Shown here: one piece after another, positions 7,820 to 18,079 of the stretch
Layout: every line of letters begins with the position of its first letter
Position numbering within the stretch: the first letter of the stretch is position 1
Source of the DNA: an uncultured archaeon
Lineage (GTDB): Archaea; Asgardarchaeota; Thorarchaeia; Thorarchaeales; Thorarchaeaceae
NCBI GenBank assembly: GCA_964590575.1
Contig: CAZPWM010000002.1
Coordinates: 9,714 to 73,713, forward strand
Length of the DNA: 64,000 nucleotides
Direction: 5' to 3'
The notes under the pieces: generated by a model
Databases searched by the model: none
The model's input: the letters and a program-made list of their open reading frames with translations, nothing else
Told to the model about the DNA's origin: nothing
Translations under genes and position numbers: made by a program

Positions 7820-9829
7820 CTATGAATCACAGTTATAGCATCCTGTATACAGGACCTGAACTCCGCCTAGACACCCATCCCTGAACACAGTCGTTCCCTT
7901 GAGTTGAAGCTTATCGGCCAACAAGAATATTTGTTCAACATCCTCAGTTGTGGCACTATTAGGTAGATTTGTGGTCTTACTGACTGCATTGTCAGTATGT
8001 TTCTGAAAGGCGGCCTGCATCCTAAGATGCCACTCGGGATCTATCTCTTGTGCTGCTTTGAATACCTGTTTGACATCATCGGGTACTCCATCTATATGTT
8101 GCACTGAACCTGTTCTTGCTACTTCATGCTCAATATTATCATTCCAGAATCCTCTCTCCACGGCTACCTTCTCAAAAAGCGGACTAACCTCACTAAGATG
8201 GATTCCTTCGGCAAGCATCCTGCTATGGGCTATTGCAAAAAGTGGTTCGATACCACTGCTGGTCTGCGCGATTAGACTGATGCTGCCCGTTGGTGCAATA
8301 GTGATTAGAGACGCATTTCGTTTCCATTTGTTTCGTTTCTTCAACAAAGCAAAATTCTCAAAATTCCCTCTGATTTTTGCTAGGTCAGCTGATGCACGTT
8401 CAGCTTTCCGTCGAATGAATGCAATAACCTCTTCAGCCTTTTCCAGTCCCTTGACAGAGTCATAGGCGATTCCTAGTTCTATTAGGAACTCCGCAAAACC
8501 CATGATACCGAGTCCAATCTTCCTATTAGCCTTGGTTCCGTATTCAATCTCCTTGACCGGATACACATTGAGGTCTATGATATTATCTAGAAAACGAACT
8601 GCGAGTCTGACAACCTCTTCGAGCCTAGGCCAATTGATATCACCATCGAGAACCATTTTTGAGAGGTTGATGCTTCCCAATACGCATGATTCATAGGGCA
8701 ACAAGGGCATTTCGCCACACGGGTTAGTTGATTCTATAAGATCTCCATTCAGCGGATGTTCCTCATTCATTCGGTCAATGAATACAAGACCTGGATCTCC
8801 AGTACTCCATGCGTTGTGCACGATTGCATCAAAAACTGCTCTTGCACTTATATTTTGAATCAACTCATTGGTGTGAGGTGCTATCAAACCAATTTCCTTC
8901 TCCTGGTACAAAGCCTCAAGAAACGGCTTTGTAATGGCGACTGAGATGTTGAAGTTCCTGAAAGACGCTTTGTCAGATTTGCACGAAATGAACTCCATAA
9001 TGTCTGGATGATCGCAACGAAGGATGGCCATACTCGCCCCACGCCTCCTGCCTCCTTGTTTAATAATTTCTGTGGCAGTATCATACACCTTCATGAATGA
9101 AATTGGGCCGCTAGCCACTCCTCCAGTAGTCCCAACTGTGGATCCCGCAGGTCTCAATCTAGAAAAAGAGAATCCTGTACCTCCACCTGATTTCTGAACA
9201 ATCGCCATGTGATGGAGTGATGTGAATATTGAATTCATATTATCCTCAATCGGAAGTACAAAGCATGCGCTACACTGGCCAATCTCAGTTCCTGCATTGA
9301 AGAGGGTTGGACTGTTGGGTAGAAACTCGAGGTTTGCCATCATGTAATAGAAGAGGTCATCATATTCTTTCACATCCGCACTCTTGTCATACTTCTTCTC
9401 AATGCTGGCTACTGCTCCAGACACTCTACGAAATAGTTGTGATGGAGTTTCAGTTGGATTACCCTCCTCATCCTTCAGAAGGTATCTTGATAGCACAGTT
9501 GCTGCGTTTGGACCAAACTTGAGATCATCTACAACCCCCATCATCTGGAGAATTCTACGAGCCTCATGGTGTTTCTCACGATGCTTCATATAGCGTCGAG
9601 CAATATCTGTGAAACCACGTAGCATTAGCGTGTCTTCAACAATGTCCTGAATCTCCTCGATGTGGATGACGTTTCGTTCTTGTTCACGAATTATTTGAAC
9701 AACTTCTTTTGTCAGTCCTCGGACAGGACCTGTATCTGCACTGATTGATTCGAATGCTTTCGTGATAGCAGCCTCTATCTTGGAATCATCAAAATCCACT
9801 ACTCTCTTATCTCGCTTCTCAACTTTCAA
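7820..9829 (-). CDS. nrdJ: adenosylcobalamin-dependent ribonucleoside-diphosphate reductase (class II RNR) with N-terminal ATP-cone
   Basis: ATP-cone (VEKRDKRVVDFDDSKI), class II active-site region NPCGEMPLLPYESCVLGSINLSKMV, C-terminal Cys tail CYNC. Confidence 0.9.
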   Translation of the reverse strand: MKVEKRDKRVVDFDDSKIEAAITKAFESISADTGPVRGLTKEVVQIIREQERNVIHIEEIQDIVEDTLMLRGFTDIARRYMKHREKHHEARRILQMMGVVDDLKFGPNAATVLSRYLLKDEEGNPTETPSQLFRRVSGAVASIEKKYDKSADVKEYDDLFYYMMANLEFLPNSPTLFNAGTEIGQCSACFVLPIEDNMNSIFTSLHHMAIVQKSGGGTGFSFSRLRPAGSTVGTTGGVASGPISFMKVYDTATEIIKQGGRRRGASMAILRCDHPDIMEFISCKSDKASFRNFNISVAITKPFLEALYQEKEIGLIAPHTNELIQNISARAVFDAIVHNAWSTGDPGLVFIDRMNEEHPLNGDLIESTNPCGEMPLLPYESCVLGSINLSKMVLDGDINWPRLEEVVRLAVRFLDNIIDLNVYPVKEIEYGTKANRKIGLGIMGFAEFLIELGIAYDSVKGLEKAEEVIAFIRRKAERASADLAKIRGNFENFALLKKRNKWKRNASLITIAPTGSISLIAQTSSGIEPLFAIAHSRMLAEGIHLSEVSPLFEKVAVERGFWNDNIEHEVARTGSVQHIDGVPDDVKQVFKAAQEIDPEWHLRMQAAFQKHTDNAVSKTTNLPNSATTEDVEQIFLLADKLQLKGTTVFRDGCLGGVQVLYTGCYNCDS

Positions 9830-9902
9830 CGTAGTTTCTCCTCACTGGCGGACTCTCTCACAAGTTGAAATGACTAATAGGCTATAAGCACCCCTTCTAT
9901 AT

Positions 9903-10322
9903 TTGACTTTACCAATGAGATTATGGAGTATTCATCCGAAGTATCTTGACACAAAGGGCTTAGTAGCCCTATGGAGAGAGTCCCTGCTTGCCCAGAAGGT
10001 GCTTCAAGGTAAAACTAAGGGATATAGATACCATCCTCAATTGGATCGGTTCAAGAAGACAGAGAATCCGATTGCATCAATTGGAATGTACTTGTATCAC
10101 GTTTATCTAGAGAGTAAGGAGAGGAATTACCATTTCCAGTTCTCAAAGATTGATACCATCGAGGATGTTCCTAGAATTAAAATATCGAATAATCTATTAA
10201 AATCTGAATTCCAACATCTTCTAAGAAAATTGGAATTGCGAAACATAGAGAGATACAAACGGTATCTCGTGATTGACAAAATAATTCCTCATCCATCTTT
10301 TGAAGTATCCTCTAGTAAGTAG
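9903..10322 (+). CDS. putative pyrimidine-dimer DNA glycosylase-like protein
   Basis: N-terminal RLWSIHPKYLDTKGLVALWRE.LLAQKVL.GKTKGY..HPQL resembles prokaryotic Pyr_excise-family proteins as I recall them; not verifiable here. Confidence 0.45.
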   Translation: MTLPMRLWSIHPKYLDTKGLVALWRESLLAQKVLQGKTKGYRYHPQLDRFKKTENPIASIGMYLYHVYLESKERNYHFQFSKIDTIEDVPRIKISNNLLKSEFQHLLRKLELRNIERYKRYLVIDKIIPHPSFEVSSSK

Positions 10323-10361
10323 TTGTTGTGCTACTGATTCTTTCTGTATCTACTCATTTTA

Positions 10362-11159
10362 TTACCCTGTACATGTTGCTTGAACAAAATAAACTGGATC
10401 TGCTTTTGAATACTCAAATCCCATGTTCTCGTATAGTTTCTGGGCTGGAGTGTTTTCCGCAAAATAATGTAGAATTACTTGTTCCGAATTCTCAAGAACT
10501 TCTTCCACAACTGCTTTCAAGCATGCTGCAGCGTACCCCTTTCTTCTATGCTTTGGATGTGTAGCGATATTTCCTATCTCTGTACCGTAAGGAGTGACAT
10601 AATGCACTCCCGCGACAGCCATTATTGATTGGTCATCCTCTATAATTCCATAGAATGGTCCAAGGTTCATAGCATTAGGGGTCCATGCTGGCGTACCACT
10701 TAGTCGGTATAGCTCTTTGAGCTGTTCAACATCCTTCATAGAAAGCCTGACCGGCTTTGTCTTGCAATCACATTGAAGTTGCGTTGTTCTGTCAGCAATC
10801 ATCTGTCTTTCTTCAATTGGTTTCAGAATTACACAAGCTTCGCCAAATTGATCAAGTTGTTCTTTCGTACAGATTGCTATGAACTCTTTTCCAACCAACC
10901 TTTCTGAATAATCTTCCATTATTTGTCGTAGTGACTCCACATTCCTGCACCAAAATGCTGTTGCCAAGAAATCCAAATCACTGTAGAGTGAAAACATAGC
11001 ATCAATTCTGCCATTTTCCACTAATACCCGAACATCGCACCAATCTTTCAGTTGTGTACAATCAGCAATCAACACGATATTGGATAGTGAATCCTCTGAT
11101 AGAATACTGAGCACATCATCAATTAGGTCATCTGAGAGTGTTTGGATTTGTGCGACCAT
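10362..11159 (-). CDS. GNAT family N-acetyltransferase
   Basis: C-terminal acetyl-CoA binding region HPKHRRKGYAAACLKAVVEEV...YENMGFE. Confidence 0.7.
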   Translation of the reverse strand: MVAQIQTLSDDLIDDVLSILSEDSLSNIVLIADCTQLKDWCDVRVLVENGRIDAMFSLYSDLDFLATAFWCRNVESLRQIMEDYSERLVGKEFIAICTKEQLDQFGEACVILKPIEERQMIADRTTQLQCDCKTKPVRLSMKDVEQLKELYRLSGTPAWTPNAMNLGPFYGIIEDDQSIMAVAGVHYVTPYGTEIGNIATHPKHRRKGYAAACLKAVVEEVLENSEQVILHYFAENTPAQKLYENMGFEYSKADPVYFVQATCTG

Positions 11160-11224
11160 AAGTCAATTTAGAACCCTTCTCCTTTTATCAATGGCTATCC
11201 AAATAAGAACTACAGGTGTGAATC

Positions 11225-11707
11225 ATGTGTCTAGAGATTAACCCAATTGGTGTGATTAGAACACCATTCAAATCTAGTGATAAAATTCCAATCCAATCAA
11301 GCAAGTCTGACACAATTGCTGAAGTTGAAGTGTTCCCAGAATTCTCTGAGGGACTTGATTCATTGGATGGATTCTCGCACGTCATCTTATTGTACTGGTT
11401 TCATAAAGTCCGACCTCACAAATTGAAAATCATACCATATCTGGAAACAAAGGAAAGAGGTCTTTTCTCCACGCGCGCACCATCGCGTCCTAATCCTATA
11501 GGACTCTCTATTGGCAAGATAATCCAAATCAAAGAGAATATTGTGATATTTAAGGGGGCCGACATGCTGAATGACACTCCACTCATCGATATCAAACCCT
11601 TTGTTCCTGAGTTTGACAATCGATTAGATGCTACTTCCGGGTGGCTTACTGACTCGTTCTGTTCTGAAAAGCACGATTATCTCGGTGATGATAGATTTCT
11701 AGATTGA
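11225..11707 (+). CDS. trmO: TsaA/YaeB-like SAM-dependent tRNA methyltransferase (TrmO family)
   Basis: PIGVIRTPF...FSHV.LLYWFH......L...P......GLF.TR.P.RPNPIGLS..KI pattern of UPF0066/TrmO. Confidence 0.8.
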   Translation: MCLEINPIGVIRTPFKSSDKIPIQSSKSDTIAEVEVFPEFSEGLDSLDGFSHVILLYWFHKVRPHKLKIIPYLETKERGLFSTRAPSRPNPIGLSIGKIIQIKENIVIFKGADMLNDTPLIDIKPFVPEFDNRLDATSGWLTDSFCSEKHDYLGDDRFLD

Positions 11708-11727
11708 GAATCCACAAAAGTTGAATA

Positions 11728-11805
11728 TTACCAATCGTCATCATCATTCCACTCATCGTCATCCCAATCTTCTTCTTCCCATAGATCATCATCATCGAAG
11801 TGCAT
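11728..11805 (-). CDS. micro-ORF, 25-aa Asp/Trp-rich acidic peptide (MHFDDDDLWEEEDWDDDEWNDDDDW), paralog of 6611..6691
   Basis: Manual translation; ATG start, TAA stop; same MHFDDDD[VL]W...DDW architecture. Confidence 0.35.
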   Translation of the reverse strand: MHFDDDDLWEEEDWDDDEWNDDDDW

Positions 11806-11870
11806 TCTTTCACCACAGCAATGTGCCATCAACTAGAATAATGCACAATGGAACTTTAATGGATCTCTGA

Positions 11871-12683
11871 TTAAAACACATCCAAATCATGCCCCGACAC
11901 GACTTCTCCATTATATTGTTCTGACACTTCTGATATCAGGTCCTCTTCTGTTTGCCCCCATAGAAGTTGGTGATACATCACTAGCAATCCCGGCTTAACC
12001 AGATTGGCTATCTCGGCTAATTCATGTGATGATGTATGAACTGTTGAATGGTACTTCTGCCAACCTTCTGGCCGACTCTCTAGTCCAACCGCAGAATACA
12101 CCTCATGAATCAGAACGTCACAGCCCTTCGCAATATCAACAAGATTCTGAGTAGGACTTGTATCTCCTGAAATTACAACTGTTCTATCGGGAGCTTCAAA
12201 CTTGTATCCATATGATTCCAATGAACCATGATCGACTTGGAATGCCTCAATCTCAATGAAATCGTCCTGGTAGATATGCCCCTCGGATATCTCATGTGTA
12301 TTCACAATATATGAAAATCTCTCAGCGGGTTCTAAGCCAAGAACACGTTCATTGATATCCACCTCATAAGCAGCCATGATGTGTCTAGTCATGTCAGTGA
12401 GACCCTTTGGCCCATACACTTCCAAAGGCTCAGTCCTTCCAGCAACCCCTGGAGTGAAGATGAGGTCTGGGTATCCGATAGTATGGTCTGAGTGTAGATG
12501 TGTTAGAAATGCTCTGGTGAGCTTAGTCACTTGGATGCCTGCTTTTGCTGCTCTTCTTACCACACCAGTTCCGAAATCTATGATGTACACAGACTCGTCA
12601 ACTGTTATTGCCACCGAGGGTCCGGACTTGTCTACCTCTGGATTTGGAGTTCCAGTCCCCAAGAGAATGACTTTACTCACCAA
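11871..12683 (-). CDS. MBL-fold metallo-hydrolase (RNase Z / beta-lactamase superfamily)
   Basis: HLHSDH motif (THLHSDHTIGYPD), additional His/Asp metal ligands spaced as in MBL fold. Confidence 0.75.
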   Translation of the reverse strand: MVSKVILLGTGTPNPEVDKSGPSVAITVDESVYIIDFGTGVVRRAAKAGIQVTKLTRAFLTHLHSDHTIGYPDLIFTPGVAGRTEPLEVYGPKGLTDMTRHIMAAYEVDINERVLGLEPAERFSYIVNTHEISEGHIYQDDFIEIEAFQVDHGSLESYGYKFEAPDRTVVISGDTSPTQNLVDIAKGCDVLIHEVYSAVGLESRPEGWQKYHSTVHTSSHELAEIANLVKPGLLVMYHQLLWGQTEEDLISEVSEQYNGEVVSGHDLDVF

Positions 12684-12717
12684 TTACACAACCTCCTAGT
12701 ACAGGGCTGCAGTTGGA

Positions 12718-13158
12718 TTATTGTTCCTCGTGTTTTACTAAGTTATCCAAAACTCGCTGAAGATACGTTTCAAACTGGTCCATCTCTTCAGGTTGAAAGC
12801 CTCTGTAGAAGATATTGGTCATCTTCTTTGAAACCTCAATGTATACGTTCAGCATTTGTCTAGTCTTCTCAGTCAACTCAATCAGAACCTTACGACGGTC
12901 CTCCTCTGATTGTACACGTCTAACAAGTCTGGCACTCTCAAGACTGTCTAACAGCTCACTCAGCGTTGATTTTCGAAGAAGTGTCTTCTTGATTAGTTTG
13001 TTTATTGGCACTCCATCCTCTTGCCAAAGTGCAAACAGGATTCTCCCCTGTCCTGGACCGATGTCGAGACCGCGCTCCTTCAATAGTTCTGAGAAGACTC
13101 TCCTTCCAAGATGATGAATCTGCGTTACTAGAAAACCGCCTGATCTCTGAGACATCAT
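12718..13158 (-). CDS. MarR family transcriptional regulator
   Basis: Winged HTH region GRILFALWQEDGVPINKLIKKTLLRKSTLSELLDSLESARLVRR..EDRR; 4-nt overlap with upstream gene (operon). Confidence 0.8.
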   Translation of the reverse strand: MMSQRSGGFLVTQIHHLGRRVFSELLKERGLDIGPGQGRILFALWQEDGVPINKLIKKTLLRKSTLSELLDSLESARLVRRVQSEEDRRKVLIELTEKTRQMLNVYIEVSKKMTNIFYRGFQPEEMDQFETYLQRVLDNLVKHEEQ

Positions 13159-13643
13159 TGTACATCACCTAGTTCTAGTTTGAATGTACTACTACCAGTC
13201 CAGCCCCTAGCTACCTTTGGTATGATTTTCAATACGGTATGGTCAGGGTCATCGTACCCCTTGGGGTAGTATCTTTCCCACCCCTCATGCCACATTTTCT
13301 TCTTCAGGTCCGAATCTTCAACAACCTCAATCTCTCCTCCAAACATAACCCCTTGCCAGTCATCAGGATTACAGTAGTAGACCGAGGTTTTGGGTCTTAA
13401 TCTAATATCCTCGATTTTTGTAGAGCTTGTATTGGTCGTAAAAATAATCAAGAAATCGTCCTTGTGCTCATCGAAAATCGATGTCAGTTTTGGGAATCGT
13501 TCCTTGTTTCGAAGATTGAACATCGCCCGGGTCTGAGGATATCCTTTCTCATCAACCGTTGTTAGATATGCTGGCCAGCCTGTATCCAACAGGTTCAGAC
13601 ACATCTCTCTGATATCTTTCTCATCCAACGGAAACAGCCTCAA
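13155..13643 (-). CDS. pyridoxamine 5'-phosphate oxidase-like FMN-binding split-barrel family protein
   Basis: Size and pattern (..GYPQTRAM.F......F.......K..........ED.RL) consistent with PNPOx-like/general stress protein 26 family; TTG start in track, alternative internal ATG possible. Confidence 0.6.
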   Translation of the reverse strand: MRLFPLDEKDIREMCLNLLDTGWPAYLTTVDEKGYPQTRAMFNLRNKERFPKLTSIFDEHKDDFLIIFTTNTSSTKIEDIRLRPKTSVYYCNPDDWQGVMFGGEIEVVEDSDLKKKMWHEGWERYYPKGYDDPDHTVLKIIPKVARGWTGSSTFKLELGDVQ

Positions 13644-13680
13644 CTAGTTCGGAACCTAATCAACTAGTTCGGAACCTAAC
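13641..13680. repeat. tandem direct repeat, 2 x 20 bp (caactagttcggaacctaa[t/c]), each unit containing 8-bp palindrome aactagtt
   Basis: Seen directly at 13641-13660 and 13661-13680, at the 5' end/promoter of the PNPOx-MarR operon. Confidence 0.9.
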
Positions 13681-13769
13681 TAATATAGCTTTTGGTCAAT
13701 GAAATCTGCCGCCTTATATACAATACAAGAGCGATATTTTACCATCATCTTATATACTAACTAAGAAAG

Positions 13770-14084
13770 GTGCGTTTTATGACCGAATTTAGATATGAAG
13801 AAACAAAACAATTAGCAAAGCAAGTTCTTACTGAACTGGACCTTCCGGAGCAGACCTACACAAGATGTCTGGCTATCTTGGATGATCGCAGAACAAAGGA
13901 TATCCTAACGGAGCAAAATGCAGACGGAATCATCGCTGGAGCAATCTATATTGCTGGTATTCTGACCGACTATCGACTCACCCAACAATCATTGGCTGAT
14001 GTGATGGACATCTCCAAAGCTACTATCGGCAAGTACTATGCAATGCTTGTTAAAGTGTTAGAAATCAAGAAGAAAAAGAACTAG
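13770..14084 (+). CDS. stand-alone TFIIB/TFB-type cyclin-fold domain protein (104 aa)
   Basis: ADGIIAGAIYIAGILTDYRLTQQSLADVMDISKATIGKYY..L matches TFIIB cyclin repeat signature (..AAAIYIA....G...TQ.EIA.V..VS..TI...YK.L); no zinc ribbon/B-reader. Confidence 0.5.
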   Translation: MRFMTEFRYEETKQLAKQVLTELDLPEQTYTRCLAILDDRRTKDILTEQNADGIIAGAIYIAGILTDYRLTQQSLADVMDISKATIGKYYAMLVKVLEIKKKKN

Positions 14085-14270
14085 GTGTCCTTCTCTTCGT
14101 TTCTCTGGTAAAAGTTGTCTAGTATACGGACGTCTTCGAATTCGTTGCTCATGTCTATCTAGGCCTCGTCCAAGTAGATTGTAGTATGAAAGTGGCCCCG
14201 AGATCATTTCGAACTACTATTCATATATAATTAATCTCTAATATAATGATAATTTATTGAATTTAAGATT

Positions 14271-14310
14271 ACAAAAAGAGGGGTGAGGAAGCAGACTAGT
14301 CTGCTTCCTC
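14271..14310 (-). terminator. hairpin (12-bp perfect stem gaggaagcagac/gtctgcttcctc) followed by T5 on minus strand
   Basis: Seen directly 14285-14310; minus-strand T-run from plus acaaaaagag; 14 nt downstream of stop of 14324..15271. Confidence 0.45.
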
Positions 14311-14323
14311 TGATGGTGTACTA

Positions 14324-15271
14324 CTAACGTTTCCTGAGCAGTACAACTGCCAGGATTACTATGACTGCGGCTCCAGCCACTATTCCAAGAGTCATCGGAT
14401 CAAGCACAAGACCTGATTCGGAGGGAAGAATACCAAGAATTGGGTCATACTCAAGAGTTTCATTACCGAAGTTCTCGAAGGAGAGAAAGATAGCATTACC
14501 TGAATAGTCTCCTGAGGGTTCACCATAGCTGGCTTTCACCTGCAGACTGTTGTTTGCTGCAAGAGCTGTTTCATTATACTCAAAGTACCCGTTCTCAAAC
14601 TGGAACTTTGTACCATCTCGCTGGAATCCGGATGGGTCCGTATCACCTTGATTCTGTCCATGGGCACTCTCAGTCACTGTGAACATGAGAACAAGGAGAG
14701 AATCCTCGTAGGTCCAGCTCCAACCTTCAACAATAAGATCGAACTTGAACTCACCCGGTCTTTCAAGATACATGTGCACATTGACACTCACATTCACATC
14801 GAAGGCTGGTAGACTGGGTAGGTTACCATAGTCCATCCCTGTGCCTTCTGGACGGGGATCAAAGGTTGCTTCTGTGGTGAAGTTGAAATGCACTTCGGTA
14901 GTGTTTCCATCATCTTCCACAGTTTCAAAACCACTGAAGTCCCACCCTGCTGTAGGAAGTGCGAATGGAGCACCAATCATTGTGTCAACGCCATTGTCGT
15001 AGACATCATTTGCGTTGGTGTCATTAGCCTCAAACATTCTGGCAAACATGACATGATAGTCTATAGTTGGAGTGTTAGGGTCCCACCAGTGAAAGTGTGG
15101 GGCTTGATCGTTTCCTGTGACCTTGATAGCAATATCATCTGTTTCTAGTGATACGATACCAGCGGAGTGTTGGTATAGAATTCCTGTGCCCTGCGCGGCA
15201 GCAAGCGGCACTCCCATCCCAATTATCATGAGAGCAAAGAGTGCAATTGATGTTTTTTTGTATGTGTTCAT
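14324..15271 (-). CDS. secreted/cell-surface protein with N-terminal signal peptide and C-terminal TM anchor
   Basis: N-term MNTYKKTSIALFALMIIGMGVPLAAAQG; C-term hydrophobic LGIVAGAAVIVILAVVLL + RKR; several N-x-T/S sequons. Confidence 0.5.
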   Translation of the reverse strand: MNTYKKTSIALFALMIIGMGVPLAAAQGTGILYQHSAGIVSLETDDIAIKVTGNDQAPHFHWWDPNTPTIDYHVMFARMFEANDTNANDVYDNGVDTMIGAPFALPTAGWDFSGFETVEDDGNTTEVHFNFTTEATFDPRPEGTGMDYGNLPSLPAFDVNVSVNVHMYLERPGEFKFDLIVEGWSWTYEDSLLVLMFTVTESAHGQNQGDTDPSGFQRDGTKFQFENGYFEYNETALAANNSLQVKASYGEPSGDYSGNAIFLSFENFGNETLEYDPILGILPSESGLVLDPMTLGIVAGAAVIVILAVVLLRKR

Positions 15272-15414
15272 TAAATCACCAAGATAATCCGTGAATTATT
15301 ACTATTAAAGGAGTGTTGAACAGCAAGGGTTCGACCTCATACGTAAAAGGCCTATAAATCCATAATATCACGTTTAAAGGTTTATGAACACTTAAAATCC
15401 TTTGATGGACTCAA

Positions 15415-17418
15415 TCACTTACCAAGTAACCCTCGCGCCTTTTCGAGGACATTCTCCACAGTGAATCCATAGGCTTTGAAGACTGCCTCCGAGGGTGCAG
15501 ATTTCCCGAATTTGTCTACTGCAATGATGTCGCCTATATCACCCACCCATTTCTTCCAACCCTGAGAAACTCCTGCCTCCACAACAAGACGAGTTTTAAC
15601 ATTGGGGAGAAGCACAGAATCACGATACTCTTGGCTCTGACTCTCAAACAATTCCCAGCTTGGGAATGAAACAAGCCGTACACTAATTCCTTCTGCATGC
15701 AATTTCTCTCCAGCTTCCACAATCAATGAAACCTCAGAACCAGTAGCCATCAGAATAATCTCTGGCTTCTCTCCGAGATCCGCAAGCACGTATGCACCTT
15801 TCCGTAGACCAGATGCAGGAGTAAATTTACTCCGGTCCAAGATAGGAATATTTTGTCTTGTGAGTGCCATGAGAGTTGGACCATGAATTCGTTCTATAGC
15901 AATCTTCCATGCTTCGACCACCTCATTTGCATCTCCTGGTCTTATCACAACAAGTTCTGGAATAGCTCTCAATGATGCTATCTGTTCTACTGGTTGATGA
16001 GTAGGGCCATCTTCTCCAACACCGATGCTATCGTGTGTAAAGACCCAGATGCTTCTATATTTAGAAAGTGCTGACAAACGGATTGCAGGACGCATATAAT
16101 CCGAGAATATGAGAAATGTCCCGCAGAATGGAATCAATCCCCCATGAGCTGCCATTCCATTCACGGTCGCACTCATTGCATGCTCGCGCACACCATAGTG
16201 AATATTTCGTCCAGTAGGTGAATCCGCTTGGAATGAGGGGCTATCATTAATCCATGTTTTGTTTGATGGAGTCAGATCGGCAGAACCGCCAATCATCTCT
16301 GGCAATTTGAGGGCGAGAGCGTTGATGACTTTTCCAGAAGCACCTCGTGTTGCGAGAGGGCCTTCCTTTGCACTAAAACTTGGTAATTCACTGTCCCATC
16401 CCTCCGCGAGTTCACCTTTCATTCTTCGTTCTAGTTCAGCTGCTAGTTCGGGATACGACTTCTTGTATGCATCAAATTGCTTGTTCCACTCATTCTCTTT
16501 TTCAGCTCCGCCTTTCCCTATCTTGTGATAATAATCTAGAACATCATCAGGGACATAGAACATTGGTTCTTGAGGCCAACCAAGTTTCTTCTTGGCACCT
16601 GCTAGTTCTTCTTCACCTGCAGGTTCACCATGTGCTTTTGCAGTGTCCTGTTTGTTGGGCATACCGTACCCAATATGTGTCCTACAGAGAATCAGCGATG
16701 GTCGAGGATCCTTCTTAGCGTTCTCGATGGCTTTGTCTACCGCATCTACATCATTCCCATCATTGATATGTTGAATGTGCCATCCAAACGCTTCGAAACG
16801 TGCTCCTCTATCTTCAGAGAATGTCAGATTCGTACTTCCATCAATTGAGATGAGATTGTCATCATATAGGAGTATTAACTTACCAAGACGAAGGTGTCCA
16901 GCAAGAGAAGCCGCCTCAGAAGAGAGCCCCTCCATCAGATCTCCATCTGTAACAATGGCATAGATATAGTGGTCCACTATCTTGTGGTCTGGTCTGTTGA
17001 AAATAGCTGCTAAATGAGCCTCTGCTATCGCCATACCTACTGAGTTTGCAAGACCTTGCCCAAGTGGTCCTGTGGTGACTTCAACTCCGGGAGTGCAGAA
17101 GTTCTCAGGATGACCTGGAGTCTTGCTGCCTAATTGCCTGAACTCCATAATATCTTCCTTACTGATTTTGTAACCAGTCAGATACAATAAGGAATAGAGC
17201 AGCATTGATCCATGACCACCAGAGAGGATGAAACGATCTCGGTCCCACCAGTCTGGATTCTTTGGGTTAAAGCGAAGATGTCGAGTCCATAGGGTATATG
17301 CCAGTGCAGCTGCGCCCATTGGCATTCCTGGATGCCCTGAATTTGCACGTTGAACAGCATCTGCAGACAAGAAACGAATAGTATTGATTGAACGATTTTC
17401 AAGAGTTGCATCAGGCAT
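15415..17418 (-). CDS. tkt: transketolase (full-length, fused N- and C-terminal halves)
   Basis: 667 aa; TPP-binding N-terminus ([23 protein letters not shown]), GDG..MEG motif ([13 protein letters not shown]), C-terminal transketolase domains. Confidence 0.9.
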   Translation of the reverse strand: MPDATLENRSINTIRFLSADAVQRANSGHPGMPMGAAALAYTLWTRHLRFNPKNPDWWDRDRFILSGGHGSMLLYSLLYLTGYKISKEDIMEFRQLGSKTPGHPENFCTPGVEVTTGPLGQGLANSVGMAIAEAHLAAIFNRPDHKIVDHYIYAIVTDGDLMEGLSSEAASLAGHLRLGKLILLYDDNLISIDGSTNLTFSEDRGARFEAFGWHIQHINDGNDVDAVDKAIENAKKDPRPSLILCRTHIGYGMPNKQDTAKAHGEPAGEEELAGAKKKLGWPQEPMFYVPDDVLDYYHKIGKGGAEKENEWNKQFDAYKKSYPELAAELERRMKGELAEGWDSELPSFSAKEGPLATRGASGKVINALALKLPEMIGGSADLTPSNKTWINDSPSFQADSPTGRNIHYGVREHAMSATVNGMAAHGGLIPFCGTFLIFSDYMRPAIRLSALSKYRSIWVFTHDSIGVGEDGPTHQPVEQIASLRAIPELVVIRPGDANEVVEAWKIAIERIHGPTLMALTRQNIPILDRSKFTPASGLRKGAYVLADLGEKPEIILMATGSEVSLIVEAGEKLHAEGISVRLVSFPSWELFESQSQEYRDSVLLPNVKTRLVVEAGVSQGWKKWVGDIGDIIAVDKFGKSAPSEAVFKAYGFTVENVLEKARGLLGK

Positions 17419-17509
17419 CAGGTCTGTCTCCTTGTACGATTCTGGATATAATTAGGCGACTTAACGTTTCGACTTCTTATTGATTGTTGTGCTTCACTCG
17501 TAGATTAAC

Positions 17510-18079
17510 TCAAGGTTTACCAACTTCAGTTCCAGGAGGATACTCTTTGAGAAACTCTTCTTTGAGTATGTCCATCATAATAAAGTCTTGAAACGCACCT
17601 TTTACGAAAGCCGCCTGACGATGAACTCCTACATTCTTGAAACCCGCCTTCTCATAGGCCCGTTGTCCACGCTCATTGATATCTAGTGTAATGAGAAAGA
17701 CACTATTGAGCCCTAGAATATGGAACGCAATCCAGAGCATCACACGAGTTGAGTCTGTACCATAACCTTTCCCAAGATTCTCTGGATTGTGAATCGCAAT
17801 TCCCAACTCAGCTCGTTTGTGTTGCTTGGAGATATTGAAGAGACTCACTGTTCCAAGAAACTCACCAGTTTTCTTTTCCTCAATAGCCAGTGTCATTCCA
17901 CCATCTCGCCAAGGATCCATCGTAGTAGCGCGCTCCAACCACTGGCGTTCTGCTTGTTTGGACATAGGTATCTGGTGGTTCAAATACTGTCGCAACTCGA
18001 GGTTGTTCCAGTGTTTCAAAATGTCTTCAAGATCATCCATCTCAAGTGCCCTTAGACGGACCTTCTCACCATAATACAT
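17510..18079 (-). CDS. GNAT N-acetyltransferase (RimJ/RimL-like)
   Basis: EIGI.IHNPENLGKGYGTDS.RVML..AF..LGLN.V...TLD.NERGQRAYEKAGFK pattern. Confidence 0.75.
   Translation of the reverse strand: MYYGEKVRLRALEMDDLEDILKHWNNLELRQYLNHQIPMSKQAERQWLERATTMDPWRDGGMTLAIEEKKTGEFLGTVSLFNISKQHKRAELGIAIHNPENLGKGYGTDSTRVMLWIAFHILGLNSVFLITLDINERGQRAYEKAGFKNVGVHRQAAFVKGAFQDFIMMDILKEEFLKEYPPGTEVGKP

Noticed and set aside
16259-16963. Several 60-112-aa plus-strand ORFs inside transketolase
   Set aside because: All antisense to tkt, which has unambiguous family signatures
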